A stretch of DNA of 64,000 bases, from assembly GCA_965226375.1 (NCBI GenBank), contig CBDDCX010000008.1, positions 1,280,001 to 1,344,000 on the forward strand, given 5' to 3'. The notes under the pieces were generated by a model. It was not told the DNA's origin. It made no database searches and saw only the letters and a program-made list of their open reading frames with translations. Below, in pieces: positions 10,399 to 19,940 of the stretch; position 1 is the stretch's first letter, and each line of letters starts with the position of its first letter. The translations under genes and the position numbers were made by a program. The DNA is from Longimicrobiales bacterium (GTDB taxonomy: Bacteria > Gemmatimonadota > Gemmatimonadetes > Longimicrobiales > Gaopeijiaceae).

Positions 10399-11850
10399 TC
10401 ATAGACTGGAATCGTCCGACGTGGCGGTCTGCCGCCTCTTCCACAGCCTCTCCGCCCATCCCTCTTCGGCCATCAGTCGCTCGATATCTTCGATTTCGGC
10501 CGGCACGAACCCGGAGAGGTTCTCATAGCCGGTCTCGGTAATCAGGATCGCATCTTCGAGTCGAATGTAGACCTTGTCCTCCGGGAGACGAAGGGCAGGC
10601 TCGATTGTGAACACCATGCCCGGCTGCATCACCTCGTAGGGAGCCCGCACGTCGTGCACCTCCATGCCCACCATATGGCCCAGGCCCCGACCAGGTCCTC
10701 GATACCGATCGATGAACGACACCGCCGCGTCCCTGATCTTGGGGTTCGCGAATTCGAAGTCGTCGAAGATCGTCTCCATCTTGGCCAATGCTCGCGCGCG
10801 GATGATGGTTGGTGTCTCGTACGGCTTGATCGACGTCATCAGCGCCTGATAGAGGCGCAGATAGATGTCGTACATCTCGCGCTGGTCGGCGTCGAACTTT
10901 CCATTGGCCGGAAACATGCGGGTCACGTCAGACGTGTAGTACTTGTAGTCCGGAGCCCAATCCCACAGGACCATATCTCCGTCCACGAGGCGACTTTGCG
11001 AGGCGTGGTAGTGCGGGTAGCTGGCGTTATCCCCGGAGGCGATGAGCGAGAAATAACCGTAGCCTTGAGAGTTGTGCCGCTTGAATACGTAATCGCCGAC
11101 GGCCTCGAGCTCGTATTCGTACATGCCCACCGTGGCGGACCGAATCCCCTCGATCATGGCCTCGCCAGAGATGCGGCTGGCCCGCCGGATCAGTTCAATC
11201 TCCCGAGGGCTCTTGATGAGTCTCATGGCGTCGAGGATGGGATCCAAGTCCATGATCTCCACACTAGGCGCCACTACTCCGAGTCGCTCGATGAACGCGG
11301 CCTCACGAGAGAGGCGACCATCCCAAGGATCCGCCGTGGAAGCCGCCGCGTGGCTGTTGCTGTAGCCTGGCGTGGAGGCGTGAAGGGCCTCGGCGCGGAA
11401 CGGCGTATAGAGCGCAAGCCCTTCCTCCAACAGTTGCTCCAGGTCCGACCCGAACAGATCGCGATCCACAACCCTGTCGATGCCCGTCAGTCGCATCGCC
11501 TCGTCCCCCGGGACGAGAACCGGCCCCTCGGAGCGCTCCGCTCGCTCGTTCCGGGCCTGCAAATAGAGGGTCGACGTCCCGCTGCGGCCGTCCAGGAGCA
11601 GGAGCGCTCTGGGGACTTCCACACCGGTCAGGTAGAAGAACTGTGCGTTCTGACGGAACTTGATGTACCCGGCGTATTCCGTAGCACCCTGCATCACGAC
11701 AACGGCATCACCGACCTGATCCAGAACCTGCGCCCGGCGGCTAGCGAACTCTTCCGGGGGGAAGGCATCCGTAAAGAGCGGACCCTGAGCCTGCAGGGGA
11801 CCGGCAACGAAAAAGAGGAGTAACGCCCCGAGATGGATTCGCGCTCTCAT
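10399..11850 (-). CDS. Exported Xaa-Pro aminopeptidase (M24B)
   Basis: Signal peptide; FRQNAQFFYLTG; metal ligands in YTSDVTR, GHMVGMEVHD, TIEP, RLED. Confidence 0.9.
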   Translation of the reverse strand: MRARIHLGALLLFFVAGPLQAQGPLFTDAFPPEEFASRRAQVLDQVGDAVVVMQGATEYAGYIKFRQNAQFFYLTGVEVPRALLLLDGRSGTSTLYLQARNERAERSEGPVLVPGDEAMRLTGIDRVVDRDLFGSDLEQLLEEGLALYTPFRAEALHASTPGYSNSHAAASTADPWDGRLSREAAFIERLGVVAPSVEIMDLDPILDAMRLIKSPREIELIRRASRISGEAMIEGIRSATVGMYEYELEAVGDYVFKRHNSQGYGYFSLIASGDNASYPHYHASQSRLVDGDMVLWDWAPDYKYYTSDVTRMFPANGKFDADQREMYDIYLRLYQALMTSIKPYETPTIIRARALAKMETIFDDFEFANPKIRDAAVSFIDRYRGPGRGLGHMVGMEVHDVRAPYEVMQPGMVFTIEPALRLPEDKVYIRLEDAILITETGYENLSGFVPAEIEDIERLMAEEGWAERLWKRRQTATSDDSSL

Positions 11851-11927
11851 GATGACCTCTCTGTCAGTCCAGCTTATAAGGGAACGGCCCAAGGTGTACG
11901 GGCCGGGCGGGACGTGCAAGCGACCTC

Positions 11928-13424
11928 TCAACGACGTTTCGCCAAGAAGGCCTGCAGGCTGCTCTCCTTCCTGGCGAGCGCCTCTACATCATCGATCTCG
12001 ATGGGGATCCATTCACTGATCCAATCGTGGCCGTCTTCGGTAACGATGACGTCGTCCTCGAACGCGATACGGGGTCCATCCGGCGGGGCTACGCCCTGCT
12101 CGATGGAGAGAGCCATCCCTGCCTGAAGGGGTGCTTCATAGTCACCCTCGTCGTGGACCTCCATCCCGATGAAGTGACCGATGCCGTACCCGTAGTACTG
12201 ATCGTACCCGCCAGCATCGCGAAGCATTCGGACCGCCAGGTCGTGCAATTCCCGCCACGTCACACCGGGCCGAATCCGGGAAATGACGGTCTTCTGCACG
12301 TCGAGAGCGATCTCGTACAACCGGCGTTGCTTGTCGTCCAAGCTCCCGTCGATGGGGATGTTTCGCTGTAGGTCGGCGGAGTAGTGATTGAATTCCGCTC
12401 CGGTGTCGGTATGGACGATGTCGTCACTCTGAAAAACGTCGCCTCCGGAGCGTGGCACGTATTGAATGAACCCCTCGGGGATGCGAGGACCCGACCTCTC
12501 ACGGCCGTTGATCGGGCTCCGTGCTACCGACGTCGGGAATCCGAGATCCGCCCCCCGGTATCGGTAGACGAAGTCCATGACCTCCATCACCTCCCTCTCC
12601 GTCATCCCCACTTCCGCGCCGCTCAACGCCTCGATGATTCCCTCACCGGTGATGTCAACGGCTCGACGTATGTTGGCGAGACCATACCCGTCGTGGAGCA
12701 TCCGCACGGGATCGAGGAGATCCGATGCGTCCAACAGCTCCATTTCAGGCGAGAACTGTTCGAAGCGCTTGAAGAGCTCGAGGCGCGGGGGCTCCGGCAT
12801 GCCGAGGCGGAAAAATCGCGGATAGTTCAGATAAAGCGTCTTGTGGTCGCGTCCCCACGCCTTGGAGAGCGCGGCCGCGAAGGGCCACCTGCGGAGCTGA
12901 GTGATACGCCAATCACGGTAGTCCGTCATGGCCACGGACAGTTCCTCTTCGAGCTCGCCATAGGGTCTGACGTCTTCGATCCCCGTGACCTGCCGGACAA
13001 AGTCGGGATCCGCAGAGGTGAACAGCACCACCCAGTCTTTGTCGGGCGTCGGCACCAGGAGAAGAGCGGAGCCTACGCTCTGGAGTCCCTCGAGCCCCGT
13101 GAGGAAGATGAAGTCGTGGTTGTCGCTGTGAGGCACTTGGAACTCCAGCCGGCGCGGCTGCACCCACTCCACCGAGTGGACCAGCATGGCGCCGTCGGGA
13201 ATAGACTGCAGCACCCGCTGACGCCGCTTGGCGAAGGTCGCTCGCAGCATGTCCGGATCCGGGTTGTCCAGATCGAAACGCTCGGCCAGAGCCGCTTCTT
13301 CCGAGTAGTCATAGTCAAAGGCTCGCTCCTGCGCCCGGAGGTCCTCCGTCTCGAAACCCAGACCTGAACAGACCATCATCGTTAAGAATACGGTGAGTGT
13401 CCTCGCACCTGTGACGTGGCTCAT
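11928..13424 (-). CDS. Exported M24-family aminopeptidase P-like protein
   Basis: DTGAEFNHYSADLQR, GHFIGMEVHD, SIEQG, FEDD motifs. Confidence 0.88.
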   Translation of the reverse strand: MSHVTGARTLTVFLTMMVCSGLGFETEDLRAQERAFDYDYSEEAALAERFDLDNPDPDMLRATFAKRRQRVLQSIPDGAMLVHSVEWVQPRRLEFQVPHSDNHDFIFLTGLEGLQSVGSALLLVPTPDKDWVVLFTSADPDFVRQVTGIEDVRPYGELEEELSVAMTDYRDWRITQLRRWPFAAALSKAWGRDHKTLYLNYPRFFRLGMPEPPRLELFKRFEQFSPEMELLDASDLLDPVRMLHDGYGLANIRRAVDITGEGIIEALSGAEVGMTEREVMEVMDFVYRYRGADLGFPTSVARSPINGRERSGPRIPEGFIQYVPRSGGDVFQSDDIVHTDTGAEFNHYSADLQRNIPIDGSLDDKQRRLYEIALDVQKTVISRIRPGVTWRELHDLAVRMLRDAGGYDQYYGYGIGHFIGMEVHDEGDYEAPLQAGMALSIEQGVAPPDGPRIAFEDDVIVTEDGHDWISEWIPIEIDDVEALARKESSLQAFLAKRR

Positions 13425-13472
13425 ACTCGATCTTTCCTCGGAGTTTGTGGGCGAGCCGGAGAGTACCGGCCA

Positions 13473-15098
13473 CTAATAATTCCACCACGGTGTATCCAAC
13501 AAGGCGGGTTGGTTCTGCATCACGTGCTGTGCCATTTCCTTCAATCGCACATCCATCGACACGGGCCCTGAATAACAGTGCCCTTCTCCTCGACCATACG
13601 AGAAGTAACCCGGATAGTGCGGATTCTCGGTGGTCTTCATCCAGGCCTCCATCTCCAGCACGGCGTTGTTGAGATAGAAGTTGTCCATGTCACCGGTATA
13701 GATGCGCACCTTGCCCACGAGCTTGGGACCCAGCCAGCTCCAGTTCGTCTTCATGTAGTGGAGCAGGTCGTAGTTCTCGCGCCAATACTCGACAACCTCC
13801 GGGTGAATCACGCCCGAACGCTTGTCGTAGAGCGGAGCGAAGAATCCGTCTTCGCCCACGGGGCCGTATACGGCTGCCCAGATGTCGAGCTGTTGCCCCG
13901 ACCGTCCACGTGTGCCACTCACCAACTCGAATCGGTTTCGTTGGGCAGACGTAAGGCGCACGTCACCGTTCACTTCCCGGGTATTGATCGTGGGCACATT
14001 GAACCAGCCCCGATTCTTGTAGAAGGCGTTCTCATCTTCATAGACGTTCACACCTTCGACATTCGTGAACGTGACCGGATCCGGACAGTAGGACCAAGTC
14101 CCACCGAAGAAGTCCGGGTGGTAGATCTGGAGAGCCAGCGATTCCCATCCCCCGGTCGAGCCGCCGTCGAGCAAGCGGGCCCAAGGTTGTTTGATGATTC
14201 GGTAGCGTCGCTCGATCTCCGGTATGAGCTCTTGCAGAATGGCATCGCCGTAAGGGCCGACGTTGGCCGAATTCACAGCGTAGGAATCATCGAAGTACGG
14301 GGTCGGGTGCTGGAAGGTGACGACGAGCATTCGCGGGAAATCGTCCTCGACCCACTCTTCCCGGACCTGACCACGGAGGGGCTCGGCCAACGAGAAATGG
14401 CCCTGCCGGTACAGAACGGGATATTCGATGGTCTCGTCGTGATAATCCCGTGGGAGAAGAACCGTTGCACCCAGGTAGATGGGTCGACCCCAGAACGCGG
14501 TGAGCGTGGGACTCTCGAAGCGAAAGCGCTCGACCCACTCGGTGTTCTCGGGAATATCCACCGGAGGAATCACGTTGTCGGCCACGAGGCGGACGGAGTA
14601 TCCCTCTGAAGCATCCAGCCGTATCCGTTGTACGTCGCTGTAGAGATTTCCGGGAGAGACGTTGAAGTGCTGACCCTCCCACTGGTCATCGTGCATCCAG
14701 ATCTTGAAGCCGTCGGATCGGGGAAACTCGGAGTAGACGTTCACGAAGGCTTGCACGTAATACTCGCCGTCCGGAAGGTCTGCGAGCTTCTCCACCGGCC
14801 ATCCCAGATCGGTACCGTCGATGACGGTCGTCTGGCCTGCGCGCAGCCCCTCGATATCGCGCCCGAAGAACGGCTCGCCCGTCCGACCAATCTGAAGCCG
14901 GGGCTCCCGCGAGTCGGTCCTGGCGATCATGACGTACACCCGCCCGGTGAGTGGCTCAGGCCGGACCGCTTCGGGCACTACGATCTCGAAACGCGTCTCG
15001 GACGGGTTTTGCGCGGCGGCCGGCTCGGCCATACCCGCCCACGAAGACACCAGCGTCCAGATGACCGCGAATCGGATGTGGGTAACTATTCGTATCAC
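13473..15098 (-). CDS. Exported alpha/beta-hydrolase (esterase-like)
   Basis: Signal peptide; nucleophile elbow GGSTGG; GDMDNF; late His in EGHC. Confidence 0.8.
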   Translation of the reverse strand: MIRIVTHIRFAVIWTLVSSWAGMAEPAAAQNPSETRFEIVVPEAVRPEPLTGRVYVMIARTDSREPRLQIGRTGEPFFGRDIEGLRAGQTTVIDGTDLGWPVEKLADLPDGEYYVQAFVNVYSEFPRSDGFKIWMHDDQWEGQHFNVSPGNLYSDVQRIRLDASEGYSVRLVADNVIPPVDIPENTEWVERFRFESPTLTAFWGRPIYLGATVLLPRDYHDETIEYPVLYRQGHFSLAEPLRGQVREEWVEDDFPRMLVVTFQHPTPYFDDSYAVNSANVGPYGDAILQELIPEIERRYRIIKQPWARLLDGGSTGGWESLALQIYHPDFFGGTWSYCPDPVTFTNVEGVNVYEDENAFYKNRGWFNVPTINTREVNGDVRLTSAQRNRFELVSGTRGRSGQQLDIWAAVYGPVGEDGFFAPLYDKRSGVIHPEVVEYWRENYDLLHYMKTNWSWLGPKLVGKVRIYTGDMDNFYLNNAVLEMEAWMKTTENPHYPGYFSYGRGEGHCYSGPVSMDVRLKEMAQHVMQNQPALLDTPWWNY

Positions 15099-15210
15099 GA
15101 ATCCCCCTCTGTGAGCGGGTGGTAATCAGCTCTCGTCTTGCAACTCGACGGCCGGGTGGAGTCCTGACGCGTCCGGCGGGAGGGTCTGGTCTCGAACGAT
15201 GCTTCTCTTC

Positions 15211-16728
15211 TTACCGAATCTGCTCGGGCCTCACGGGACCGTCGTCCCAGTACTGAGCACTCGAAACGTTCGGCATTCCCCAGTTGTTACCATTCCATCC
15301 CTGGAAACCCTCCAGGCGGAACGCCCAGAAGCCGGAATTCTCATCACTCACCACGATGAGGCCGTCTTCGTTTCGGATATCCACGCCCCAAGCGCCGTTG
15401 TAGATGTTGCCCGTGGTGGCTTGCGACGGGTTTCGTCCGAGCGGGTCATGAAGCATCGGGTTCTGCCTGGTGTGGTAATACCCGACGGTGAACGGCCGCG
15501 TCGGGTCGGCCATGTTCACGATCTGGAGTCCGTCGTCCTGGGCCGAGATGAACACATCAGGCCAACGAATTTCGTGGTTGTGAGTGGCGCCACCAAACTT
15601 CGGGATCCAAGCGCCGATGCCCGAACCACGGACGATATTGGGCGTCTGGCCTTCGGATCCCGGAGGCCGGAGGTCGAAAAAGCGGACGGGCGAATGCTGA
15701 TACGTGGGCTCGGGCATGCCGAGCGCGTACCGACCGTCCGGGGTGGGAGTGAAGGTGTGCCCGTTCTCGACGCCCGGAATTCCGGTCACGGATGTGAGCA
15801 GTCTCGGGTTCTCCACGTCGGTCATGTCGAAGACGTGGAAGCCGCCCGTTCCGGCGCCGTAGAATCGATCCTGAGCGGCCCCCGGCAGGTAACCGATGTA
15901 CATGTCGTGCCACTGACGACTGCGCGCCGCCGAAGGGTCGGGAACGGCGATCTCGGAGACCGGATCGGTAACCCCCCCGGCCACCTGAGCGATGTCATAG
16001 ATGAAGGCGTCTTCCGACTGGGTCGTGGCGAGGAGCAGAGAGCGACCGTTCGAGTGCCGATAGGCGAATACGTTGTGAAAACCACCGGGCATGTCGGGCA
16101 GCCGCAACTCGGCGACCTTGCGAACCGTCGACCCGTCGGGCAAGTCGGTGACGTCGAAGAGGATCGCGCCCAGGTCGGCATCGGGGCCTCCCTGTCCGAA
16201 TTGACACGACAGAATCACGTAGTAGCGGCTGTCGGCCTTTGCGTACTTGATGTCGACACAGCCCGCACCGAGGTGCAGGTCCGGGTCATCGATCGTCCAC
16301 CGGTACAGCACGCGGGGCTTCTCCGGATCCTCGATACTGATGGCATAGAAGCCCGACGCTCCGTAGCGCTGCGCGATGTACACGAACGGCCGCGCCATGT
16401 CCTGCTCGATCTCGATGTCGGTGTGGCTGAAGGGCACGCCCGGCAGGGGAAGGTGCGAGACCACGTCGATGTTGGGGGTCCCGGGCTGGCCGATAGCGTA
16501 ACCGGTGACGGGCTGGACGCAGGTCGGGTCGCCGAAACAGGTCACCTGGGCTCGAACGGGGACGGCGGTAAGGACGAGGGCCGGCAGGACGATCGCCGCC
16601 AAACACAAGATCAAGACGGCGCAAGGGTCGGCCGTCACGCCGGCTGGAGGCCCGGGCGACTTACAGGTCGCCGAAAAGTCCGGTCGTTGGGCAGAGCGCA
16701 TGGCCGTGCCTTGGTCAGACGTGATCAC
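15211..16728 (-). CDS. LVIVD-repeat / choice-of-anchor-B-like beta-propeller protein
   Basis: Repeats such as FHVFDMTDVENPR and GLQIVNMADPTRP; HNVF, HDMY, HNHE His motifs; GAWGVD. Start uncertain. Confidence 0.75.
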   Translation of the reverse strand: MITSDQGTAMRSAQRPDFSATCKSPGPPAGVTADPCAVLILCLAAIVLPALVLTAVPVRAQVTCFGDPTCVQPVTGYAIGQPGTPNIDVVSHLPLPGVPFSHTDIEIEQDMARPFVYIAQRYGASGFYAISIEDPEKPRVLYRWTIDDPDLHLGAGCVDIKYAKADSRYYVILSCQFGQGGPDADLGAILFDVTDLPDGSTVRKVAELRLPDMPGGFHNVFAYRHSNGRSLLLATTQSEDAFIYDIAQVAGGVTDPVSEIAVPDPSAARSRQWHDMYIGYLPGAAQDRFYGAGTGGFHVFDMTDVENPRLLTSVTGIPGVENGHTFTPTPDGRYALGMPEPTYQHSPVRFFDLRPPGSEGQTPNIVRGSGIGAWIPKFGGATHNHEIRWPDVFISAQDDGLQIVNMADPTRPFTVGYYHTRQNPMLHDPLGRNPSQATTGNIYNGAWGVDIRNEDGLIVVSDENSGFWAFRLEGFQGWNGNNWGMPNVSSAQYWDDGPVRPEQIR

Positions 16729-16831
16729 ATGGCGGGGAGGTCGGGGTGAATCTATGACCGTTGGTTCGGAAGGACGAGGGCTCCAGTCTGGACCGTCGGC
16801 AAGGCGCGCAGCACATCGAGAAATTCGTGCC

Positions 16832-17716
16832 TCACCAGCATTGGAACGGATGATACTCGATCTCCCGATCCTGCTTCAGTAACTCCTCGGTCGCGGCCAA
16901 CTCCGGACGGTCCTGTGGCACGCCGTTTTCCGCTTGCCCGTCTGGGTAGACGGTGATGGTCGTAGTCTTGGAGAAAATCTTCTTCGCCTTCACTCGCACC
17001 ATTTGAAGGCCGCCATCTACGACGAGTGAGCGGTAGTACACCAGGCTCCCCTCACCGATCACCCTGAACAGCGCACCCAGCACACCGGACAACGGCCGAC
17101 CGGACGTACCGTCGATCTGGTCGAACATGACCAGGTCCCCGAAGACCAACAGCCGGTACGTAATCTCTTGGCGGTTCGTAACGCGGAGCTTGGGCACCGA
17201 GGCCGTATCGACAAAGCTGAACTTGTCGACTCCGTCCGGCCGGTCCGGCCATGAGCTGCGAACGTTGATCGCGAGGGTCGGTTGAGGGCCCTGCTTTACA
17301 GAGTCGACGATGCCGTCGGGTCGATACTCGAGCTGCGTGCCCTGATTCAGGTGGAGCGCCCATTGCAGGTGCTGAGGGGCCTTGGCCGGATCCTCCACCC
17401 CGGCCATCGAAACGAACTCCCAAAAGAGGTACTCGGGGGCAATGTACAACACGCCGCCTGACGGCTCGCGCTCCATAGCGCGCCGAACCAATTGTAGGTA
17501 GAGCGCAGACTGGAATCGTGTCCAGTTCGGTATCGCCAGCAGGTTGTACTCGCCGTGGGAAAACGCGGCCGTGCGCATGTCGGCTGCGAGTTCGGCGCGG
17601 GGGATCGTATCGACGGAGCAAGCCGGTACCTGGGCCCGGGCAGCTTGGGTCATCACAAGCAGCGCCAAAGAGAGCGACCCAAGAGCGGTCAGAGCGGGCC
17701 TACAGCGCTTCGACAT
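16832..17716 (-). CDS. Hypothetical exported protein
   Basis: Long ORF with signal-like MSKRCRPALTALGSLSLALLV and globular composition. Confidence 0.65.
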   Translation of the reverse strand: MSKRCRPALTALGSLSLALLVMTQAARAQVPACSVDTIPRAELAADMRTAAFSHGEYNLLAIPNWTRFQSALYLQLVRRAMEREPSGGVLYIAPEYLFWEFVSMAGVEDPAKAPQHLQWALHLNQGTQLEYRPDGIVDSVKQGPQPTLAINVRSSWPDRPDGVDKFSFVDTASVPKLRVTNRQEITYRLLVFGDLVMFDQIDGTSGRPLSGVLGALFRVIGEGSLVYYRSLVVDGGLQMVRVKAKKIFSKTTTITVYPDGQAENGVPQDRPELAATEELLKQDREIEYHPFQCW

Positions 17717-17864
17717 GACAGGGCTCCAGCACGAGACGGGGCGGAGACCCATGTTCGCCCTTGCCGGACATGGGCGCCAGGGCGCCCGCGCCTTGACCGC
17801 GGTTGTGGAGTCCTCAATGACGTCCCACCTTTCGCGCCTAACCTGCGTCACGGAGCATCATCCG

Positions 17865-18917
17865 ATGACTCAAACGTCTATGCTACGCCTCAAGCTCATC
17901 GCGGTGGCCCGTTTCAGTGCATTCGGGATCGTGGTGGGCACGGCCATCGGCTACGTCAACTTCCTCATCATCGGTGCACAGCCCCAGACGACTATAGGGT
18001 GGGGTGTCATTTCCGGCTTGATGATCGGAGCCGCTGTGGGCGGTATGGAAGTCTTCCTCTTCTTCGGAAGGATGCGCCAGGCACCCTTCCTTGGCCTGTT
18101 GGCCGCCAGGATGCTCGCGTATACCGCCACATTCGTAGTCGGGCTCACGGCGGCGAATGCCGCCCGTCTTGCTGAAGCTCGAGCCTTTTCTTGGGGCCAG
18201 GCGGCTCGATTCTACCTTCTGGAGGAGGGGGTGTTCGTACGAGACTTCTTCCACGTCACGATCGCCTCGTTCGTGTTCGTGTGGATTCTTCAGGCCAGTC
18301 AGCTGCAACGTGGCCGTGACGTGTTCAACTTCATTATCGGCCGCTACCATCGCCCCCAGGAGATGGAACGTGTGTTCCTCTTCGTGGATCTGACCTCGTC
18401 CACGACCATCGCCGAAGAGCTGGGTCATCTCACCTACAGTTCGTTCCTACAGGACTTTTTTTTCGACGTCAACATGGCCGCCCTTCCCTGGAGAGGAGAG
18501 ATCTACCAATACGTGGGTGACGAGGTCGTCGTCTCCTGGCCCATGAACACCGGGACCGATCAGGCACGCTGCGTCCAGTGTTTTTTCGCCATGCTGGACA
18601 CAGTCGAGGCAAGACGGGACGAGTACGTCGAGCGGTACGGAGTCTACCCCAGGTTCAGGGGTGGTATGCACGGCGGAACGGTGGTCGTGACGTGGGTGGG
18701 AGAGATCAAGAAGGAGATCGTCTACCACGGCGACGTTGTGAACACAGCCGCCCGGATCCAGGGCGAATCCAAGAGCGGCCCCTTTTCCTGTCTCGCCTCT
18801 GGCGAGCTACTGAACCAGATCACGCTCCCAAATGGCATAACTGCCACACCGGTGGGAGAAGTGCCCTTGCGTGGGAAGGAGTTCGCCCTGCCGCTCTTCG
18901 GGCTCGAGCGTACCTGA
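17865..18917 (+). CDS. Membrane-bound class III adenylate/guanylate cyclase
   Basis: Four TM helices, then FLFVDLTSST, YVGDE and GDVVNTAAR. Confidence 0.9.
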   Translation: MTQTSMLRLKLIAVARFSAFGIVVGTAIGYVNFLIIGAQPQTTIGWGVISGLMIGAAVGGMEVFLFFGRMRQAPFLGLLAARMLAYTATFVVGLTAANAARLAEARAFSWGQAARFYLLEEGVFVRDFFHVTIASFVFVWILQASQLQRGRDVFNFIIGRYHRPQEMERVFLFVDLTSSTTIAEELGHLTYSSFLQDFFFDVNMAALPWRGEIYQYVGDEVVVSWPMNTGTDQARCVQCFFAMLDTVEARRDEYVERYGVYPRFRGGMHGGTVVVTWVGEIKKEIVYHGDVVNTAARIQGESKSGPFSCLASGELLNQITLPNGITATPVGEVPLRGKEFALPLFGLERT

Positions 18918-18930
18918 ACCGGCACGCAGG

Positions 18931-19797
18931 TCAGTGTACCGAGAGGAAGTCGAGCACGATCTCCAGAGACTCCTCCGGGAGCTCCTCGGGGACCAGGTGT
19001 CCACACTCCTCCAGCACCTCGAGCCGCGCCCGGGGAAGCACGTCCAGAAGCTTCTCGCCTACCGAGAGCGGCACGACTCGGTCGTGTCTTCCCCACAAGA
19101 GCAGAGTGGGTACGTCGATCTCCGGGTACCGAGCCGTCATCTCAGCCAAGTTCTCCGGCAAGATTTGGAGGGCCGTATGGATGATCGCCAGGCGGTGATG
19201 TTTGCTCCGGAGCTGCGCAGCGTATCCTTCCACCTGCGCTGCAGTCACTGTGGTCCGGTCGTAGACGATGGCACGCAGTACCAAGCGGACCAGGGGCGCC
19301 TTGGGGATCAACGCGAGTATCCACCGCGTCACACGGCGCCGTTGAGCCAGCGTGATGAACCCGGGAATAGGCTGTGGGTAGGCCGCGCTGGACACCAGGA
19401 TCAGGCGCTCCAACCGTCCCTCGGCAAGCAGGCGAAGGGCCACGAGCAAGGCGATTCCTCCCCCCATCGAGTGACCGACAAGCGTAAGATCGCGCAGATC
19501 TTCCTGAACGATCAGTCGGTGAACGGCCTCGGCATGATCGTGCGGAGAGTAGCGGTCGTCCGAGGGAACCGGCGACGACCCATGGCCTTTCAGATCGACG
19601 GCCCAGACCCGATGACGTTCGGCCAGTCCCGAGACCCACAATCGGAACTCGAAGACACTGGCCGCGAACCCGTGTATGAGCAGGATCGGGCTCCCTGACT
19701 GTCCGTGCCGATCCACGTGCAGGAGTGGGGAATCCCCGTGGGATTCCCGGCGGGATTCCCGGCGGGCGTTCCCGTCGGAATGTGGTTGGGATGTCAC
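18931..19797 (-). CDS. Alpha/beta fold hydrolase
   Basis: LLIHGF, DLKGHG, GHSMGG, WGRHD, CGH motifs. Confidence 0.9.
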   Translation of the reverse strand: MTSQPHSDGNARRESRRESHGDSPLLHVDRHGQSGSPILLIHGFAASVFEFRLWVSGLAERHRVWAVDLKGHGSSPVPSDDRYSPHDHAEAVHRLIVQEDLRDLTLVGHSMGGGIALLVALRLLAEGRLERLILVSSAAYPQPIPGFITLAQRRRVTRWILALIPKAPLVRLVLRAIVYDRTTVTAAQVEGYAAQLRSKHHRLAIIHTALQILPENLAEMTARYPEIDVPTLLLWGRHDRVVPLSVGEKLLDVLPRARLEVLEECGHLVPEELPEESLEIVLDFLSVH

Positions 19798-19940
19798 CGG
19801 ACGGATCGGGTTTCTGAGTTTGGCTCGGCCTCGACCGGGCCCAGTAGGGCGGAACCTGCGACGATCGAATTATGAGGAGGAGCCTGCACGTTGGCCAGGC
19901 CCCCTACCCCCCCACCGCCCGCCCCCGCATCTTGCTCCCC

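Noticed and set aside
15199..16749. 516-aa plus-strand ORF and similar long antisense ORFs
   Set aside because: They are shadows of real minus-strand genes in GC-rich DNA and carry no motifs.
19741..19764. 12-bp tandem repeat (RRES x2)
   Set aside because: A two-copy in-frame slippage in a disordered N-terminus.
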